Below, piece after piece: positions 1-10,689 of a stretch of DNA of 64,000 nucleotides. This stretch comes from Antedon mediterranea (taxonomy: Eukaryota; Animalia; Echinodermata): the NCBI RefSeq assembly GCF_964355755.1, contig NC_092671.1, positions 4,464,001 to 4,528,000 of the forward strand, given 5' to 3'. Within the stretch, counting starts at the first letter, position 1; every line of letters starts with the position of its first letter. The notes under the pieces are model-generated. The model was not told the DNA's origin, did not search any database, and worked only from the letters and a program-made list of their open reading frames with translations. A program made the position numbers and the translations under genes.

Positions 1-314
1 GGGAGACAGTTTACAGCAATTGGAGACAATCAACAAGGACTACCGACGTTATGTGCATTGTTTGTTGCTGTTCCACTGATTTTACTATACTTTAGTTGAT
101 ATCCTATCTGAAGTTTAGCGAACAGCCCGATAGCCATATTCACCTTCAGGATGAATCTTCTCAGCAAGGACTTTTTATTTCTTACGCATCCAACAGCGAG
201 GAACTCGCCAATTACAAGATGATCATTCTTATAAAATAATAATTAAGCGTTTATGTTTTGTGTAATAATACAATATAGTACTTCTTTCAGCACAGTTGGC
301 CTATTATACTATTT

Positions 315-2270
315 TCAATGGTGAAACATCATTTTCTTAATTCTTTTGCAGAAAACGTCAACAAATGCTTGTCTGAAACTAGTATTTACTACATTATATA
401 TTACAGGAGTTACAGAAGAATTTAAGTATGTTCAAAAAGCCAAGAGACATCAGATCCAAGAATATTTAAAAAGTTTAATAATGCGAACATATAAATCGGT
501 GTCATGCAGAGAACATAAATGGCTGAACAAGTATTAAATATGTGGAAACTTACTTACTCACTTACTTTGTTTTGGAAAAGCAACTATTATTAAGTCACTG
601 TTTCTCCTGATATTCACGTATGTTTTCTCAAATTTACCAGACCCATCCGATTGTTTCCTTCAAGATATTCAAAGTAAAATATTTAAATGTATATGGAACG
701 GAAAGCCCGATAAATTCAAAAGAAAATTCATGCTTAACAATTTTGACGAAGGAGGGTTAAAAATTCCCCATATTAAGAGTTACTGTACATCTCTCAAATC
801 ATGTTGGGTGAAAAGATATCTTGATGGAAATCAATCCAAGTGGAAAGTGTTTTTAAAAAGTAAGATTAAAGAGGTTGGAGGAAATATTGTTTTCGAAACC
901 AACTTTTCTAAATCTTCAAACATATTAAAACAATTTGAAAGGTTCCATAAAGATATACTCTCTGCGTGGAGTGAATACATTTTTGTAGAACCGTATACGA
1001 TAGAGGACATCTTAAATCTATCTTTATGGAACAACTCATGTTTGATAAAAGAGAATTTAAAGTTGAAAAAAGTTGGTTGGTTAAAAATGTAAACTATGTA
1101 AAAGATATCGTGAACAAAGAAGGGAAAATATTAGAACTAGACGAATTTAACCAAAAATATAATTTTAAACCAGACTTCTTATTATATCACCAGATTGTAA
1201 ATTCAATTCCAAAGCTCTGGAAACAGAAATTAATTGAACAAGGTGTAAACACAACTAATGAAGTTGAATCTAAATTACAGACATTCATTTCTGTGAAAAC
1301 GAGAAATTGTCATTATATTTATAAAAACATTATATTAAAAAATGTTGAAGAGCCAATTGGAATTGAATCCAAATGGGAAAAGGAGTTTGACAACAAACTT
1401 GATTGGAACAACCTTTTCTCAAATTTACACGCCTGTACAAATGACACTAAGCTAAAAAATGTTCAATTTAAATTTATTCATCGTATAATTTATACAAATA
1501 CAATGCTCTTTAAGATGTCAAAGGTCGATTCACCTATGTGTAGTTTTTGCAAGGAAAAGCAGGAAACACTTCTACATATGTTCTTTGAATGTGATCTCAT
1601 GGTAAAGAAAATATGGGAAAATGTAAAACAATATATGTATCGAAATATCAACAATAACTTAATTATCACCAAAGAAAGTATATGTTTTGGTTTTGGAAAA
1701 ACACACAGTGATGCAAACATTTTAATTTTAATTACAAAGTGGTACATATTTAGTTGCAAAATCAAAAAACAATTACTTAATTATAATCATTTATTTCACA
1801 TTTACCAAAAATACAAAGCAACCATATTATTAACAAAATGATTATTATAAAGTGTATTTTTGCGATACATTATTTTTTTTTTCTTAAATTTCATTACTCT
1901 CTTATTTTTGAGAGAGTATTATATCGTTTTAATGGTTACGTTACCTTTATATATTAATGTTGTATTATGTATGTGTTAGGGTTAGGGAAAAAAAAAGAGA
2001 ACATAAATGGCGACCGTCACAAAAACTGTCTAAAGTATTGTTCTCTCAGATTTAGAACGTGGGTCGGTCTCGCGTGAATTTATTGTTATGTTATTTCGGG
2101 ACTTTAGAAAATAAGCGAATATAAAACCAAAACAACCACAATTAACACCATAGTGATAACAGATTGTAGTATCCAATACATTGAACATAATTTGTTGTAA
2201 CTTAGCTTAATATGACAAATGTTATCTAGATTTGATATGCCTTTATAAATATCAGGCCAGGGAAGAATGA
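315..2270 (-). pseudogene. GPCR pseudogene (ECL2 to C-terminus), paralog of 51874-52914, split by an L1/Tx1 insertion
   Basis: Matches the 51874-52914 gene (LPWPD..GISN, CHIK..YNKLCSMYWILQSVITMVLIV). Has a deletion near 435, a TGG>TAG stop near 2030 and a deletion near 2105. The N-terminal half is missing beyond 2270. Confidence 0.92.
524..1995 (+). mobile_element. 5'-truncated L1/Tx1-clade LINE (ORF2 C-terminus with zf-RVT)
   Basis: ORFs 730-1092 and 1026-1841 carry EGGLKIP, SLWNN, QFKFIHRII, CSFC..ETLLHMFFEC. A-tail at 1988-1995. 16-bp TSD AGAGAACATAAATGGC at 508-523 and 1996-2011; single-copy empty site in the intact paralog near 52080. Confidence 0.95.
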
Positions 2271-2315
2271 ACAATGACAACTTCAAAACCAGAGAAAGTA
2301 TCATAATTATTATGA

Positions 2316-3948
2316 CTAGATGGTACGCTCGCTTCGCTCGCGTACCATCTAGGTCGTGCCCACAGATGGTTCTCAAATACACAGTAATTTCAGCGTAACA
2401 AAACTGGCGATTTCAAATGTACTATTATATAATACATTATCGTTTACAGAAACGAATAAATAGACACGATGATTTATGTAGTCAACTAAAAGTAGCACCC
2501 TGGGAATTACTTCCGAAGGAGAAACTTATAACAAATTGAGACAAATTTTTGATTTGGACTCATTCCTAAAGAAACCCAATTTGTTTTGTATGTAACATTA
2601 GGGTTGAAGGATGGGAAAGCGGATAGGTACAAAGAGGAAAACTTTTCAAATAATATATTCTTTATCCACTCAGTAACGGAATATTGTTTTCATGTTTTAT
2701 AGGCCTATAAATAATATACCTCTAAATACAGTAAAACATTTGCGATTTAATACTGTATTAAAACAATCACTGTCAAAGTCGATTGAAATATTAAAGTACA
2801 TGTCACGATACACCACTACGACGTTTATATTTTTGGTAATTATTAATTTTATTTATTTTATTTTATTTTATTTAATTTTCAGGCAAACATACATGACAAC
2901 ACAGCGGTGCAGCACCCTGAGGATTGCCATGAGTGCAAAGCACTATCGAGATGGCTCTCCATATACTGCACTAGAACATATAAGACAAACATATACACAA
3001 GATGCTCTACATAGACAAAGACTTATTATTAAGTCTTTGGGAGTGGAGTTGTAAATTGTCATGAGAAAAAAACCCTGACATATGACAGGACTTGAACCCA
3101 GGACCCTTAGATTGGTAGCCAAGCATCATAACCACCAAGCCACAGCTCCACTATCGTTAATTAATTAATACAAACGTTGAGAAAGAACGGTCAGTATAAA
3201 TTTCATTTGTATATAATAATGTGTTTATATATCTAACAGTAGAGCCTATCCACAATCTCAGTAATAAAGTTTATTTGTATATATTTTTATATTACATCTA
3301 ACAGTACGAACATTCACAGTAAGAAATGTTCGATTCAAATGAGGACCAACAATAGTTAATAGGTATTTACAGTATTGTCAAAGTATTGCAAGTTTATTCT
3401 CAAAGGGCCCATATTTACCTACCGTATGTGTTTAACCAAGGGCTCACAAATTTACCTACTTGTGTTAAACCAAACTCTGGCAGACTGAGAGATTGAGATG
3501 TTCCATTTATCGCAAATCAATACATTTGTATAATCGAAATTAAATAATCAAAATAGTATTTTTTAAAGAAAATCGGCCGGTCTTCAACATTATGATGGTG
3601 TACTCTAGCTGTTCAACCAGTTTTCAGCTATTAAAAACAATTATCGTAGGAGGAGATAGGAAAATGCGAAGCCTCCTCGCATTTTTGTGGCGGGTATTTT
3701 TCAAGATGGACATCCATTAGACAGTGTATACCACGATCGGAAAACACCCCTATTTGCGGCAAATCGTTGAACCTAAATTCGTTTTAATCGTCAATAACTA
3801 ATTATCTAACTTAATTTAATTAGTAAACAGGGTTACATCAGGTGGTTAAAATCAGTACCGAAAGTACGAACCAACTTTATATGCCATCGAGTAAAAATTC
3901 TAGAAGTAAGGCGCGATTTACAATTTTGCCCTTACGTAAATTTATATA
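2316..3948 (-). mobile_element. Non-autonomous Helitron (same family as 25181-26630)
   Basis: 3' hairpin ending in CTAG at 2316-2352 followed by T on the minus strand. The 5' region is the reverse complement of 25181-25650. The last 5' bases (TCAA, degenerate TCTA) are displaced to 5590-5593 by a LINE insertion. Confidence 0.88.
2845..3152 (-). mobile_element. tRNA-derived SINE nested in the Helitron
   Basis: Minus strand has A box TGGCTTGGTGG, B box GGTTCAAGTCC and an (AATAA)n tail at about 2845-2875. It interrupts the Helitron repeat unit at TAATTATTAATT/TAATACAAACG. Confidence 0.8.
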
Positions 3949-5574
3949 CTTCTTCTTTCCCTTTTCAGGGAATTTATTGGTTCAAAGTATACTGGCCTTT
4001 GGCCCTAATACAAACAAATACAAATTAACTATAACTTAAGATAATGGTTTCTTCTTTCAAAAGCAAAGTAGACGTATTTTCCTAAATTATAAGTAAAATT
4101 TGTGTTGGAAAGTAATAAACAAAGCTTATTAATAGAAGGAAAAACACGAATAAATCTTGGAATAAAACTTTTTCTTAAATCATTGTAAAATGTGCATTGC
4201 AAAATAAAATGATATTCATCCTCAACAATGTTCTTTTTACATAATTTACACGTTCTCTTATATCTTTCTACACCCTCCCATCTGCCCTTTTCAATTTCTA
4301 GCTCTAATATCCCTAAACGTAACTTAGTTAATAATCTTCTTTGTTTAAAATTAATGATGTTGGTCAAGTGATAACTTAAACATATTTCTTTTTTATAAAG
4401 AGAAAAGAGCCTTAACTTATTATGTGAACTAAATTTTTGAATGCATTTTTGTTTTTCAATATCACATAAGCGCAACTTAAATTCTCTCAAAAATAAACCT
4501 TTACTATTAACATATTGTTGTAACCATATATAACCAAAACCAGTAGAAAAGAGTAAGTGTTTGACCTGTTGTGCCCAACAATTCTCATTACGGTTAACTT
4601 TTCTAAGTTGAAACTCATAACACTTAAAAATGAATCTGTCATGATCTAAAGTAATAATATGTAACCAAAATCTTATAACTGTAACTAAACAATCCACAGA
4701 AAGTGGTAATCTACCTAACTCAGAAGTAACAGCGGCATTTGGTGCATTTTTTCCAACTTGCAATAAATATCTACAAAATTTAGTATGTGTTTTTTCTATA
4801 ATGTTTGTGCTATCTGACATTCCCCAGATTTCGCTTCCATACGTTAAAATAGGAAGTATTTTCACATCAAAAATATGGTTCCATGTATTAATTGGAAGAA
4901 AAGATAAGTTACGATAAATGAATGATTTTAAGCAGAATAAACTTTGATTTGCTTTTTGTTGATTATGTTGCATTGAGTTGTTCCATGCACCATTTGAACT
5001 AAAAATAACACCAAGATAATTATACGAATTAACAATTTTTAATTGAATATTTTTATACTTCCATTTTTCAATGTTCCTTAAATTGCGGCCATTTTTAAAA
5101 ACCATAATTTTGGATTTTGTAGTGTTTACAGTAAGTTTCCAAGTATCACAATAAAGTTCAAGTTTATTTATTAATTTTTGGAGACCTTTCACCGTATCAC
5201 TAACAAGCACTAAGTCATCTGCATAAAGAAGATGATTCATATGACAATCTCCAATTTGAATGAAATCGTTTACCTGATTAAGTATACCACTCAAATCATT
5301 AATGTAAATATTAAAGAGTAAAGACGACAACGGAGAACCTTGTTGTACTCCAATCGAACAATTAAAAGATGGACTAAGTTTGTTGCCAATTTTAACATGA
5401 GCAGATAAGTTTTGGTATAAGGAATTTATTATGTGTAACATTCTGCCTGAAACACCGATACATTTCAACTTATGTAGTAAAAGTGTATGATTTATAGAGT
5501 CAAAGGCACGTTTAAGATCAACAAAACAAACAAACATCCTACCCCGCTTTTTATCGAAGTATTTAGAGATGAAA
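3949..5574 (-). mobile_element. 5'-truncated RTE-X-like LINE
   Basis: 15-bp TSD ACGTAAATTTATATA at 3934-3948 and 5575-5589. The 3' end has AATAAA and a GAAGAAG tail. Contains the RT ORF 4029-5537. Confidence 0.88.
4029..5537 (-). CDS. Non-LTR reverse transcriptase, C-terminal part of ORF2 (uninterrupted but 5'-truncated)
   Basis: FVDLKRAFDS, GVQQGSPLS, LLYADD, YNYLGV, YGSEIWG, and C-terminal LEIEKGRW..CKLC..VEDEYHFILQC zinc knuckle. Confidence 0.88.
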   Translation of the reverse strand: MFVCFVDLKRAFDSINHTLLLHKLKCIGVSGRMLHIINSLYQNLSAHVKIGNKLSPSFNCSIGVQQGSPLSSLLFNIYINDLSGILNQVNDFIQIGDCHMNHLLYADDLVLVSDTVKGLQKLINKLELYCDTWKLTVNTTKSKIMVFKNGRNLRNIEKWKYKNIQLKIVNSYNYLGVIFSSNGAWNNSMQHNQQKANQSLFCLKSFIYRNLSFLPINTWNHIFDVKILPILTYGSEIWGMSDSTNIIEKTHTKFCRYLLQVGKNAPNAAVTSELGRLPLSVDCLVTVIRFWLHIITLDHDRFIFKCYEFQLRKVNRNENCWAQQVKHLLFSTGFGYIWLQQYVNSKGLFLREFKLRLCDIEKQKCIQKFSSHNKLRLFSLYKKEICLSYHLTNIINFKQRRLLTKLRLGILELEIEKGRWEGVERYKRTCKLCKKNIVEDEYHFILQCTFYNDLRKSFIPRFIRVFPSINKLCLLLSNTNFTYNLGKYVYFAFERRNHYLKL

Positions 5575-5913
5575 ACGTAAATTTATATATTGACACTATA
5601 TATGAATATCAGTGTTTGAATTTTGTTTGTTTTTGTGATGGAAACATTATTGTCCCCTTAGTAGGGATTGAATCAACCGTTTGACACACTTAAAAATGTC
5701 CATGTCCTCTTAAAAAAAAGGCTGGCCGTAGTTTTAAAACATATATTGCCTCTAGTTTTTTAAAAACAAAAACAAAAATAAAAATATTGACAATCACTCA
5801 CAAGTTTGCTTAATTCGGCCTATCTATCTAACTAAAGTGTAAACAAAATAATTATAACATTTTGTTTTATATTTCAAAATGTAATGGTCATAAGTTATCT
5901 ATAATTATAACAT

Positions 5914-6981
5914 TCAGACACTGACAGTACGTGCAGATATTTTCCTCCTGAATAAGCTATAGAATACGTCAACAAATGCTCGTCTAAAAGTTTCATTTAC
6001 TACATTATATATCAACGGATTTACGGAACAATTTATAATTATTCCCAACTGAAAGACAATGAAAAGCAAATCTAAATCCGATTTAAGAATTTTAAAGAAA
6101 AGAAGCATGCCGAACAAAATAAACGGTGTAATGCAGAAAACATAAAATGTGACTGTCACAAAAACTGTCCAGAATATCTTCCTCTCAGATTTTGAACGTG
6201 GATCGTTGTTGCGTAATTTTGCCACAATATTGCGCGATTTTCTTAAAGAATGAATTATAAGCAAACACAAAATAATAATGATCACATTTAAGATTATAAT
6301 GAAAAACAAACCAATAATGAGCAAAATTCCATATAGTTTATAGTTGTTTGGCTTTACAATACATATAGTTGCACGATTTGAGATACCTCTATACATGTCA
6401 GGCCAAGGAAGAATGACGGATACTCGTTCGTAAATAACAAAATGTACAGTGTTTATCGAGAAACTGAAAATCCATATAAGTGTACAGACTTTTACAGATC
6501 TTGAGAGAGTACCAAATTTACTCGTTTGAAATTTATAAGGTCTACAAATTGCCATATAACGTTCAACCGAAAGCCAATATATCGTTAAAAAGCCTACAAG
6601 TCCGAAACTATAAGGAAAGAAAGTCAACGCTTCACATATCCAGTTGTGCTTCAGTACTTCATCAATCATATATGGTACAGGAATGAACCAATTTCCATGT
6701 AATCCAATGGGTATTAAAATTAACATAAGCGTATCAGCTATTGCTAAATTGGCTAAATACACGTAAAATGAAGAGTGTAATTTACACACTATAACGATAA
6801 ATGTCATTATGTTTCCCACAATGCCTAAAGTGACAACAACAGGAATGATATTGTAACGTAAAATCTTCAAAAAGTCACTATACAGAAACATATCTATGTA
6901 AGCATCATATCGACTCGTGTTTGACGTTGAATACGCTTGTCCAGATACATCATCAGACGCATTGTCATCTGAAAGTGACAT
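5914..6981 (-). CDS. Intronless class A GPCR, 355 aa (orphan, candidate chemoreceptor)
   Basis: Seven hydrophobic segments; GIVGN, YLANLAIAD, TM3 Cys, SVERYMAICRP, TM4 W, NCSVNPLIY; N-terminal N-glycosylation sequons. Confidence 0.95.
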   Translation of the reverse strand: MSLSDDNASDDVSGQAYSTSNTSRYDAYIDMFLYSDFLKILRYNIIPVVVTLGIVGNIMTFIVIVCKLHSSFYVYLANLAIADTLMLILIPIGLHGNWFIPVPYMIDEVLKHNWICEALTFFPYSFGLVGFLTIYWLSVERYMAICRPYKFQTSKFGTLSRSVKVCTLIWIFSFSINTVHFVIYERVSVILPWPDMYRGISNRATICIVKPNNYKLYGILLIIGLFFIIILNVIIIILCLLIIHSLRKSRNIVAKLRNNDPRSKSERKIFWTVFVTVTFYVFCITPFILFGMLLFFKILKSDLDLLFIVFQLGIIINCSVNPLIYNVVNETFRRAFVDVFYSLFRRKISARTVSV

Positions 6982-7290
6982 TTTTCTTGTTTCTGAAAAT
7001 ATTTTAAATACTTTGAAAGACTTGTTAGATGTCCCGTCTTCAGTTACATCACATGCATTTCAACAGCATTGACATTTTTTGCTGTTTTCGCAATACAAAA
7101 ATGATCTTGTGTAATAAAATAAAACGACGTCGAATTTAATATCAACTGAATTGATTGGTTGCTTATAAAATATTGTAGATAGTTCCGTGATAAAAACAAT
7201 TTACATACCAAGAGTCAGAATACTACTGGGCAAGAGGATGTGTTCATAACGTAGAGGTATGTGCTATAAAAGATACCAAGTTCATCTGGA

Positions 7291-7348
7291 TGACAAATAT
7301 TATCTCGATTTGATATTCCTCTATACATATCAGGCCAGGAAAGAATGA
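7291..7348 (-). pseudogene. 58-bp GPCR ECL2 micro-fragment (PWPDMYRGISNRDNIC)
   Basis: TGACAAATATTATCTCGATTTGATATTCCTCTATACATATCAGGCCAGGAAAGAATGA matches about 52306-52363; duplicated at 36360-36417. Confidence 0.8.
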
Positions 7349-7356
7349 ATGAAAGA

Positions 7357-7431
7357 ATTCTCCCGATGATGTGATAGAATCAGTGCTAATGTTAAAATAC
7401 ATGGCAAAATAAGAGAGGGCGCTCTATTTAA
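7357..7431. promoter_or_regulatory. Conserved upstream non-coding module shared by several receptor paralogs
   Basis: CTCC(C)GATGA(T/C)GTGA...GGCAAAATAA(C/G)AGAGGGCGC(T/G)CTATT also found near 15055-15162, 36426-36500, 50005-50111, 57321-57412 and 61050-61157. Function is inferred only. Confidence 0.45.
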
Positions 7432-8574
7432 CAATTTTGGAGGGGCTGTTATGAGTGTAATTCAGCAGGCAATAATAATTGAATCAAGATCCAAAAGGCA
7501 ACATTATACATGAATTCATATCTAAAAATAAACAGAATATATAAGTTATAAATGTGAGGGCAAACTTACAATCTTAGGTGCTAAACAGATTAAAATATAC
7601 AGTGTAGGGGAGATCACGTGATATACGTTATTTAAATGTTCGTCTGTTCTGAAACAACATAAAGGGTGTGATAGCTATGACAGTTTTCGCTTTGAAATAT
7701 TCCTTTTGTAATTAAAAACAAGATTAAGAACTACGCCCTTGACAATACTGAAATAATTAATAAATATGCATCCGGTATAATCTATTGTCATTTCACTTCA
7801 GTTATTAGTAATCTACATTATTTTATGAATAATTCACAACTTCTGAAAAACTTTAAATTAAATTAAACTTACTAACTGAACGACTATATTATAATAACAT
7901 TGAAAGAAAACAAATAGACGAGCATGTACGGAAACAGCACAGTTATCGTAACTGTAACTGTATCAAGTTATTTTGATATACTGACCGCACACTTTCACGT
8001 AATCATTTTAGCATTTTAAAATGTAATGGTCATAAGTTACCCATAATTATGCATTATTATAAATTTAAATTATTCTAGTTGTTCAAAACTACTTCATCAA
8101 TCATATAGAGTACCGGAATTGTTCTATTTTGGAATTATTTCTCCCAGACTAATATTCTTTTTCGCAATAAAATCTATCTTTTCAAATAAAATAAAGTAAG
8201 ATAAGTTGATGGTATATTCATTAAATGCATTGGCTGTTTACAATAGAGAGGTGGGATACATCACATAATAATAATATACAAATAAATATGTTTGTTTAAA
8301 ACGTAATATATCAACTTAATCTTATCAAATCATTATCCTCATTGCTTTGAATTATAACAAATCACATTTTATACAATTGTGCATCAACTAAATGACTAGT
8401 TCCACAATCAATGGGCTTAATGGTAGGCCTAGTCTTTATTAAGTTTACTTATTTATTACCGTTTTTCATTATTGTATGGTTTTTGTACAAACTTTAATGT
8501 AGGCTTCTTTAAAACGACATGTACCTAAACGATTTGCTACAAAAATACTACAGTACTCACCATGTTAGTTTATT

Positions 8575-8957
8575 TGAGACACCTCTATATAAATATCAGG
8601 CAAAGGAAGAATGACCGATACTCGTTCGTGACCAATACAAAACTGGACAATATTGGTCGGCAAACAAAATCTATATATTGCGCAGAGTACCAAATCCACT
8701 TTTTTTTTTATTTATAAGGTTTACAGACTGCCATAAAACGTTCAACAGAAAGCAAAACAATCTTAACAATCGATACATGCCAGAGGCAACAGCAGTAAAG
8801 TAACTCGTCAGTTAAAAAATCAAGTTTTCCCATCTATGTCATGAACTCAATGTACAAAAAGGTGGCCACAATTAAAGACATTGTATCAGTTATTGCCAAA
8901 TTCGCTAGATACACGTAAACTGATTTGCAAAATTTACTCACTATACTATAAATGTCG
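8575..8957 (-). pseudogene. Degraded GPCR fragment (TM2 to ECL2)
   Basis: Recognisable VYVYLANLAITDTMSLIV, VERFMAVCKPY and PWPD-like codons with indels; duplicated at about 37635-38019. Confidence 0.85.
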
Positions 8958-9059
8958 GGACTTCACGAAACACGACGGGAAGCCACAGGACGGTGCTCAT
9001 GAATGTTATTTATGCATGAAATAATATTTGAACTTCTAATTTAATTGTTTAATAAATAA

Positions 9060-10125
9060 CATTCTTACTGGGTTAAAATGGCTCTGGATAAAGGTAATTG
9101 TGTTTTGTCTGTGTACCTCGACCTGTTGGCAACTTTTGATACCATTGATCATTCTATTCTTATTGCAAGACTCTCGTCTATTGGTATCCGTGGAGCTGCT
9201 CTGACTTGGTTAAAGTCATATTTGGAAGCAGCAGGTCAAGATTGGTAATGTCAAATCCACCTCTATCGACCTGAAATGCGGTGTCCAGTATTGTTTTTAG
9301 ATAACATCTGGCCCTTGAGTGACATCATTATATTGTGTCCAATATCATGTGTACGTAGATGACTCGCAACTGTACATCAGCTTCAATCCAGCAGAGTTTA
9401 ATGAGGCGAAGTCGGTTATCAAAGCTTGTGTTGTTGATTGGCTAACTAAAAACATGCTCTGTTTTAACCCTGGTAAAAGAGAAGTCTTATATTTTCATTC
9501 AAAACAAGAATTTGCACATAGCTAGAAACATCAGTATTGGCAACACCCCAATGACACCATCGTTGGAGGTTAGAAATATCGGAGTCTCAACAATTACTAA
9601 GTCCAGACTTATCAACAACATTAGTAAATCTGTTACCTACCACCTTCGTAACATAAGATCAATTCGCAAATCCTTAACCCACTACTCGCCTATTAAACTT
9701 TTCCACGCATTAATAACATCACGGTTAGACTACTGCAATGCCATTTTGTTTGGTCTACCAAATAAAGAACTTAATAAACCACAACTTATTTTAAATACTG
9801 TATCCGGCACTTCAAGATTTGCTCATATTACACCAATATTATATAAACTTCACTGGCGTTCAATTAAACAACGAATTGTTTTTAAACTAACACCATCATA
9901 TATTTCAAATTGAATTATACGTAGATCTTCAGTTTGCAAAAGATCTCTTAGGTCGACCACTAATCGAGCGTTTGCAGTTGCAGCTTCTAAACTGTGGAAC
10001 AATCTTCCTTCCTATTAAAAATGATGCATCCTCTTATCATTTTCAAAAACACTTAAAACAAATCCTTTTTCTTTCTATTTTTTCTCTCAGCGCTTTGGGA
10101 CAATCTTTTGATCGCTATATAAATA
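9060..10125 (+). mobile_element. Degenerate L2-clade LINE, 3' part
   Basis: Translates to LDL.ATFDTIDHSIL, YVDDSQLY, HALITSRLDYCN, HITPILYKLHW. Has the L2-type 3' end AGCGCTTTGGGA...CGCTATATAAAT. Duplicated at about 38125-39184. Confidence 0.88.
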
Positions 10126-10253
10126 CATTTATATAACACCTAAATAAATTCCTGTCATTTGATTGGACGAATGTGGGTCACATGGCGTGCAATAGTACGC
10201 ACTATTCAACGATCATTATTTGTATAGTATATAATATAATATACATTATATTA

Positions 10254-10362
10254 CCGGGGTATCCTCTAAACGTCTCGATTGATAAAATGCGTTCTTTAAA
10301 ATGTATATTGGACCTACGGTCCTTATCCGAGAAGACTTGTTTCACAACCATAACTGGAGCGA
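10254..10362 (-). mobile_element. Deu/Nin-domain SINE fragment
   Basis: Reverse-complement match to the core of the SINE at 55389-55710 (GTCTTCTCGGATAAGGAC..GTAGGTCC..TTTAAAGAAC..CCCCGG); duplicated near 39207-39315. Confidence 0.7.
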
Positions 10363-10689
10363 TATGCCAATATTGATGGATCTTTGGGTACTTGTCATTT
10401 TGACATGACTCGTAACAGTCTTTTGATCTTAAGTCTGGCTGCTACAAATACCAACAGTACTGTACGCTTACTATGTGCATTATTCTTCGCGGCGTGCGAT
10501 GTCTGTTAAGGGAGGTGGACCTGATCGTATCGCAGCCACATATAACAACTTTGATCTCCAGAGCTCAGAATCCTGTTGCTAGATTTCTTTGGTCAAACTT
10601 ATAAGCTGACCGTTACGTAAACGAGATAATGACAACATGTTATTTCAAATTTCAAAATGTATTGGATGTAAGTTAAGCATCTATCAACT

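Noticed and set aside
1051-1934. APOBEC-type editing from three G/A differences between duplicates
   Set aside because: Only three sites with mixed contexts; not distinguishable from ordinary transitions.
5914-5935. C-terminal RTVSV as a PDZ-binding motif
   Set aside because: Not shared by the 21954 or 51874 receptors and too short to support from sequence alone.
4029-6981. Reverse transcriptase next to variable receptors as a DGR/retron-like diversifier
   Set aside because: All RTs are ordinary truncated LINEs with tails and, mostly, TSDs; there is no template/variable repeat pair with adenine-specific changes.
6982-7010. Splice acceptor just upstream of receptor ATGs (5' UTR intron)
   Set aside because: TTTTCAG is convincing only for the 6981/36050 genes; other paralogs have CAG without a pyrimidine tract. 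Needs transcript data.
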